A stretch of DNA of 64,000 bases, taken from an uncultured Bacilli bacterium. GTDB taxonomy: Bacteria > Bacillota_I > Bacilli_A > RF39 > UBA660. The DNA lies in assembly GCA_944350385.1 (NCBI GenBank), contig CALVOV010000006.1, forward strand, positions 3,213 through 67,212, given 5' to 3'. Within the stretch, counting starts at the first letter, position 1. The number at the start of each line of letters is the position of its first letter. A program made the translations under genes and the position numbers. Shown piece after piece: positions 58,913 to 64,000 of this stretch. The notes under the pieces were generated by a model, which was not told the origin of the DNA, made no database searches, and worked only from the letters and a program-made list of their open reading frames with translations.

Positions 58913-59680
58913 ATGTATTATGAAAATGGTAGTTTTTCCATCTATTATGAAAAATATGGAAATGGAAATAAAACTATTTTGATTCTTCCTGGGTGGGGTG
59001 ATACAAGAGAGACATTCAAGTTTTTAATCAATGATTTAGCTAGAGATAATACAGTTTATATAATTGATAATCCACCATTTAGAAATAGTAAAGTAAAAGA
59101 AAGCAATTTATCTATATATGACTATGCTTCTGCTATTAGAGAGTTAATTCAACATGAAAGAATGAAAAATTTAATTATCATTGCTCACTCATTTGGTGGT
59201 AGAATTGCAACTCTTCTTAGTGGTTATTATCAAGATAAAATAGATAAATTAATTCTTATTGATATAGCAGGAATTAAACCTAAAAACACTTTAAAAAGAA
59301 GATTAAAAAAGTTATTTTATAAATTATTGAAAAGATTAATAAAGTTTATTCCTAAAAAAGTACGACAAAAGATTAATTCATATTTATTGAAGAAATTTTC
59401 TTCTAATGATTATTATTATTTACCTGATAATATGAAAAAGACTTTTCAAAATATTGTTAATGAAGATTTAAAAAGTTATTTAAAATATATTCGTAGTGAA
59501 ACTTTAATATTGTGGGGTCAATATGATTATGATACTCCAATAAAAGATGCTTATAAAATAAAAAGAGAAATTAAAGATGCTGCATTAATTGTATTTAGAG
59601 GTGCTGGTCATTTTTCATATCTAGATTATCCGAAATTATCTTTAGATATTATTAATTCTTTTATAAAAGAAAAAGCATGA
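58913..59680 (+). CDS. Alpha/beta hydrolase
   Basis: LPGWG, AHSFGG nucleophile elbow, WGQYDYDTP and GAGHFSY. Confidence 0.88.
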   Translation: MYYENGSFSIYYEKYGNGNKTILILPGWGDTRETFKFLINDLARDNTVYIIDNPPFRNSKVKESNLSIYDYASAIRELIQHERMKNLIIIAHSFGGRIATLLSGYYQDKIDKLILIDIAGIKPKNTLKRRLKKLFYKLLKRLIKFIPKKVRQKINSYLLKKFSSNDYYYLPDNMKKTFQNIVNEDLKSYLKYIRSETLILWGQYDYDTPIKDAYKIKREIKDAALIVFRGAGHFSYLDYPKLSLDIINSFIKEKA

Positions 59681-59684
59681 TTAA

Positions 59685-60347
59685 TCATGCTTTTTTTATT
59701 TCAATAATTCCATGAAAATGTTTTCCATTTATTGGAGTATTTTCATCTAACCATATTTTGATATTGTAGTATTTAGTAGATTTTGCAGGAATAATATCTT
59801 CTCTAATTAAATAGTAATCATCTAATTTTGACTTGCTTAAATATGAGGGGGTATTATCGTTTATTGTATATTTTATATAAATATCATCATACAAATTATT
59901 ACTGCATTGATCTACATTAATTAATTCTTTATCCTTACTAACTATTATTTGATATTTTATTTGTGAAGAACTAGTATTTTCAATTGAAAAACTATGTCCC
60001 AATTCTTCTTTTGCGACAGAGTCTTTTAAAATTTTTGAATCATTCAAAGTAATTGTTGAACTTAAACCATTTTCATTAGGTGCATATTCTATTATTAAAT
60101 TACCATCTTTATACTCATTTACACCAAAGTATTCAAATGAAGTTCCTACTAATAGCATCAATAAAATAAATATCAATAAGATTATAGATGATAAACATGT
60201 TAAGTAAATTTTTTCATGTTTTTTTATCTTAGTTATGATATGTTCTTTTTCGATATTAGAATTTTTTTTAATGACTACATTACTTAATTTATGTAATACC
60301 ACTCTAGAAGAAGCTTTCTTTACTTTGTTTTTATTAAAAATTTTCAC
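59685..60347 (-). CDS. Membrane-anchored beta-sandwich protein
   Basis: TM helix followed by HSFSIENT.....YQI and IPAKSTKYYNIKIWLDE. Confidence 0.65.
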   Translation of the reverse strand: MKIFNKNKVKKASSRVVLHKLSNVVIKKNSNIEKEHIITKIKKHEKIYLTCLSSIILLIFILLMLLVGTSFEYFGVNEYKDGNLIIEYAPNENGLSSTITLNDSKILKDSVAKEELGHSFSIENTSSSQIKYQIIVSKDKELINVDQCSNNLYDDIYIKYTINDNTPSYLSKSKLDDYYLIREDIIPAKSTKYYNIKIWLDENTPINGKHFHGIIEIKKA

Positions 60348-60411
60348 TCTATCACCCTCTAGTATTACTATATTTAGTATATCAGATTAATATAATTTTT
60401 TAAAGATAATA

Positions 60412-61731
60412 TTAAGGGTTTAATCTATTTGGTCCACGGAATAAGAATTGTGTCTCTTTAACACTTGGAATGTTTAGTAATAACATAGTAAGTCTATCTA
60501 CTCCGATAGCAAATCCACCATGTGGAGGACAACCATATTTAAAGAAGTTTAGATAAAATTTTACGTCTTCTCCTAAGCCTTTTTCTTTAGCATTTTTACA
60601 AATCTCTTCATAACGATGTTCTCGTTGTGCTCCGGAAGTTATTTCTACTCCACGCCAAATTAAATCATAACCTTGAAGAACACCTTCACTATTTCTCATG
60701 TGATAGAAAGCTCTTTTTTCAGCTGGATAATCCGTTACAAACATAAACTCTGAATTAAACTTTTCTTGAGCTAATTTATAAGATAACCTTTCTGCTTCAG
60801 TTGTTAAATCTGTCTTTTCTGATTCATCGACTTTATAACCATATCTTTCTTCTAATTCTTGGTAAATATCTCGTAATTTCATAGTTGGGAATGGTGTTGT
60901 TGGTACTACCACTTCTACTCCAAACACTTCTTTAATTTTTTCTCCATATTTCTCTTTTAATTTTTCTAGAGCATATGTTAACATTTCTGCCTCTAAATTC
61001 ATTACATCAGTAAAGTCATTAATGTATGAAAATTCTACGTCAAAACTAGTAAATTCTGTTGCATGTCTAGAAGTATTAGAATTTTCTGCTCTAAAGCATG
61101 GTGCAACTTCAAAAACATTACCCATACCACTTGCAATAGCCATTTGTTTATAAAATTGTGGACTTTGGGCAAGATAGGCACTACGATTAAAATATTTTAC
61201 TTCAAATACTTCTGACCCAGATTCTGAAGCTGCCCCTAATAACTTTGGAGTATGAATCTCAGTAAAATCATGATTATATAAATATTCTCGCATATAACGA
61301 ATTAAAGTACTTTGAACTTTAAACATAAAGTTATTTTTTTCATTACGCAAATCAATAAAACGATAGTCAAGTCTAGTATCTAGATTAACATTAGATAAAT
61401 CTTTGAAATTAAATGGCAATTCTTCCTTACTTTCACTGGTAACTTCTATGTTAGTTGGTATTAATTCCATACCATTTAATTTTACTTTTGGACTTTCTAA
61501 TAGTTTTCCAGTAATTTTTACTGTACTTTCTAAAGGTAGAGTATCAATGATTTCAATCATTTTTTTATTTTCTTCTACACTTTTTTCAATTGTTACTTGT
61601 ACTTTACCAGTAGCATCTCTAATTATTACAAATTGTACCCACTGAAGATTTCTTATATTATCAACAAATCCGCTAATAGTAACTTCTTGGTTATAGTAAT
61701 TTTTTAATTCTCCGATATTAATATGTTTCAT
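60412..61731 (-). CDS. aspS: Aspartyl-tRNA synthetase, short archaeal/eukaryal type (no GAD insert)
   Basis: 439 aa; LAQSPQFYKQ, FRAENSNTSRH, EITSGAQREH and GCPPHGGFAIG.DR. Confidence 0.9.
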   Translation of the reverse strand: MKHINIGELKNYYNQEVTISGFVDNIRNLQWVQFVIIRDATGKVQVTIEKSVEENKKMIEIIDTLPLESTVKITGKLLESPKVKLNGMELIPTNIEVTSESKEELPFNFKDLSNVNLDTRLDYRFIDLRNEKNNFMFKVQSTLIRYMREYLYNHDFTEIHTPKLLGAASESGSEVFEVKYFNRSAYLAQSPQFYKQMAIASGMGNVFEVAPCFRAENSNTSRHATEFTSFDVEFSYINDFTDVMNLEAEMLTYALEKLKEKYGEKIKEVFGVEVVVPTTPFPTMKLRDIYQELEERYGYKVDESEKTDLTTEAERLSYKLAQEKFNSEFMFVTDYPAEKRAFYHMRNSEGVLQGYDLIWRGVEITSGAQREHRYEEICKNAKEKGLGEDVKFYLNFFKYGCPPHGGFAIGVDRLTMLLLNIPSVKETQFLFRGPNRLNP

Positions 61732-61739
61732 ATTTCCTC

Positions 61740-63170
61740 CTATTCATTATGATGGCAATTTCCACCACAGCAATGTTTTTTATTTTCATTATGGTTATGT
61801 CCGCAATTGCAAATATGTTCTTCTTCATGGTGATGACCACATTTACATTCATCTTCTTCTACTCCTTCATTAGAAAATGAATAATCAAATTCCTCAGCAT
61901 CGGTATTTAATTTTTCGTCTAAATAATAAATTAAGACGTCTAGGCTGATAATTTCTTCTTCTTTTGTTTTATTATTTTTTATTTTAATTTCATTATTATT
62001 AAGATCATCACTATTTAATACAGCTGTAAATTTAGCTCCTAGACGATCTGCTTGTTTAAATTGAGCCTTTAGACTTCTACTTAAGTATTCAGTATCAACA
62101 ATGAAGCCAGCCATTCTTAATTCTTGAGCTAAATATACGGCATATTTCTTCTCTTCTTCGTTGACATACATTAAAAATAAATCAATGTTTTCGATAATTG
62201 ATAATTTTACTTTTTCTAACTCCATAGCTTTTACTAATCTACCTATTCCGCAAGCAAAACCAATACATGGTGTTTCTGGTCCATCTAATTGACTAACAAG
62301 ACCATTATATCTTCCACCGCCCCCTAAAACGTTATTACTACCGAAACCATCTATTTTTGCTTCTATTTCAAAAACTGTATGATTATAATAATCAAGTCCT
62401 CTAACAATATTTGGATTTATTTCATATTTTATTTCTAGGATGTCAAGATAATCTTGAACTTTTTCAAATCTATCTCTACTTGCTTCATTTAGATATTCTA
62501 ATGTTTTTGGTGCATTTTTTAAAATATCACTATCAGCATCTACTTTGCAATCTAAGATTCTTAGAGGATTTTTTTCAAGTCTTGTTTGACAATCTTCACA
62601 TAAATCTTTTATATGTGGTTTAAAGTAATCTATTAAGGCTTTACGATAATTATCTCTACTTTCTTTATCTCCTAGTGAATTGATGTTGACTTTAATTTCT
62701 TTTAATCCCAACATTTTATAAATATTTACTGCTAAAGAAATTATTTCAGCATCAGACATTGGATCATCACTACCTAATATTTCCATACCGAATTGTGTTA
62801 ATTCTCTATCTCTACCAGATTGTGGTCTCTCATAACGATACATAGTTCCATTATAGTAAACTTTTACTGGTTGATTAGCATCACCATACATTTTATTTTC
62901 AATATAGCTTCTAACCACTCCAGCTGTTCCTTCGGGGCGAAGAGTTATATTTCTACCACCTCTATCAACAAAGTCATATGTTTCTTTAGTAACTATGTCC
63001 GTTGATTCTCCAATTCCTCTGTGGAAAAGTTCACTAGCTTCAAATAATGGTGTACGAATATAATTATAATTATATTTTTCCATTGTAGCATCAATAATAC
63101 TTTCTACGTATTTCCAAATTTTAGCTTCTCTTCCGTAAATGTCATTGCAACCTTTTTGTTTTTGTATCAT
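61740..63170 (-). CDS. hisS: Histidyl-tRNA synthetase with His/Cys-rich C-terminal tail
   Basis: LRPEGTAG, RYERPQ.GR, VRGLDYY and GGGRY. Confidence 0.96.
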   Translation of the reverse strand: MIQKQKGCNDIYGREAKIWKYVESIIDATMEKYNYNYIRTPLFEASELFHRGIGESTDIVTKETYDFVDRGGRNITLRPEGTAGVVRSYIENKMYGDANQPVKVYYNGTMYRYERPQSGRDRELTQFGMEILGSDDPMSDAEIISLAVNIYKMLGLKEIKVNINSLGDKESRDNYRKALIDYFKPHIKDLCEDCQTRLEKNPLRILDCKVDADSDILKNAPKTLEYLNEASRDRFEKVQDYLDILEIKYEINPNIVRGLDYYNHTVFEIEAKIDGFGSNNVLGGGGRYNGLVSQLDGPETPCIGFACGIGRLVKAMELEKVKLSIIENIDLFLMYVNEEEKKYAVYLAQELRMAGFIVDTEYLSRSLKAQFKQADRLGAKFTAVLNSDDLNNNEIKIKNNKTKEEEIISLDVLIYYLDEKLNTDAEEFDYSFSNEGVEEDECKCGHHHEEEHICNCGHNHNENKKHCCGGNCHHNE

Positions 63171-63185
63171 AAATTTCCTCCTAAC

Positions 63186-63365
63186 AAAATAAAAAGGTAG
63201 CTACCCAAAGGACGCTATTTGCGTGGTGCCACCTTATTTTTTTCTCTTTAAACTTATAACGTAGTTACCCGCTTCTAGTAATAGGATGTCTTCAATTTAC
63301 ATTTATAGTCCTTCTCACCACCCAGAACCTCTCTAAAATAAATTATAAACCTACTCCTTCCAAAG
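63186..63365 (-). promoter_or_regulatory. T-box riboswitch, Asp specifier (GAC)
   Basis: Stem I with AGTA, AGAGA and GGTGAGA boxes; specifier loop GAA-GAC-A (GAC at 63290-63288); T-box AAGGTGGCACCACG (63235-63222) pairing with CGTCCTT; T-rich end. Promoter TTTACT, 17 nt, TATACT at 63405-63377. Confidence 0.88.
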
Positions 63366-63408
63366 AAGTCACTCATAGTATAGCTCATTTTAATTAGAAA
63401 GTAAAGTT

Positions 63409-63741
63409 TTAATTTCCAACCATGCCAATTTTATCAGCTTGTCCTTCCTTTATTTCTTTATTTTCTTTATGAAAACTTACTATACCAATTAATTCATCTT
63501 TTTCATATTTATTAATCATGATATATTCAGATGTTTCGGTTAATATTTCATATGTAACATTTTCATCCTTATTATTCGTTTTTAAATAATAAAGAAAATC
63601 TTTTGGAGTTTCTACTTCTTCTAATTGAATCTCCTTTTTTGGTAAATTAGGGGATAAGAGTACGTTGTAAGTAATTATTCCTAATAAAAGAACTAAAATG
63701 ATACTGATAGTAATTACTATTATTTTTTTTGCTTTTTTCAT
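63409..63741 (-). CDS. Small hypothetical membrane-anchored protein
   Basis: AGGAG RBS; basic N-terminus plus a TM helix. Confidence 0.7.
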   Translation of the reverse strand: MKKAKKIIVITISIILVLLLGIITYNVLLSPNLPKKEIQLEEVETPKDFLYYLKTNNKDENVTYEILTETSEYIMINKYEKDELIGIVSFHKENKEIKEGQADKIGMVGN

Positions 63742-63757
63742 ATTAAATACGCTCCTA

Positions 63758-64000
63758 CTAATATCTATTTATATACATTGTTTCATTTAACGTTCCACTT
63801 ACATTTCCAACTCTATCTACGGCTCTTGCTTCTGTTACAGAATAAGTTGCACCACTTCCACTATTTAATTGAGAAAGACTAGAAGTATTAGTCCAATTTG
63901 GATAATAATTTCCGCCTCTTCCATTACTTCGGAATTTTACTTGCCAATAAGATATTCCTGAGCCACTATCTCCATTTAAATAATTTGGTATTATGTAGTA
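63758..64000 (-). CDS. C-terminal end of a surface protein with an Ig/FN3-like repeat (5' part outside the window)
   Basis: Absent from the ORF track; open frame reads ...GDSGSGISYWQVKF...EARAVDRVGNVS...YINRY*. Confidence 0.65.
   Translation of the reverse strand, partial: YYIIPNYLNGDSGSGISYWQVKFRSNGRGGNYYPNWTNTSSLSQLNSGSGATYSVTEARAVDRVGNVSGTLNETMYINRY

Noticed and set aside
405-63005. About 25 short track ORFs antisense to long genes (e.g. 405-626, 6420-6647, 17647-18021, 38339-38773, 48474-48800, 61403-61645)
   Set aside because: They lie opposite well-supported genes, lack RBSs and have the F/S/I/L-rich composition typical of shadow frames in AT-rich DNA.

Overview
AT-rich chromosomal window from a low-GC Firmicute using the standard code (TGG = Trp). 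It is most likely an uncultured gut Bacilli lineage such as order RF39; this is inferred from gene content and style. Almost all real genes lie on the minus strand. The backbone is a B. subtilis-like gene order (T-box-hisS-aspS ... 6S RNA-tcdA ... mraZ-rsmH-ftsL-pbpB ... spoVD ... mraY ... spoVE) that is heavily interrupted by inserted genes. It also carries sporulation/germination genes (spoVD, spoVE, a 4xLysM protein and a SleC split into two genes), an NAD salvage operon (nadE-nadD-pncC plus a decayed nrtR), two metal-sensor/exporter modules with visible operators, and three pseudogenes missed by the ORF track. The most unusual element is a tightly coupled seven-gene operon at 35022-42218: SsuA-type ABC importer, domain-permuted PEP-synthase/RPH-like dikinase, divergent HIT-motif protein, FusB/FusC-type EF-G-binding protein and an atypical histidine phosphatase. 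No rRNA, tRNA, CRISPR array, transposase or integrase was seen.
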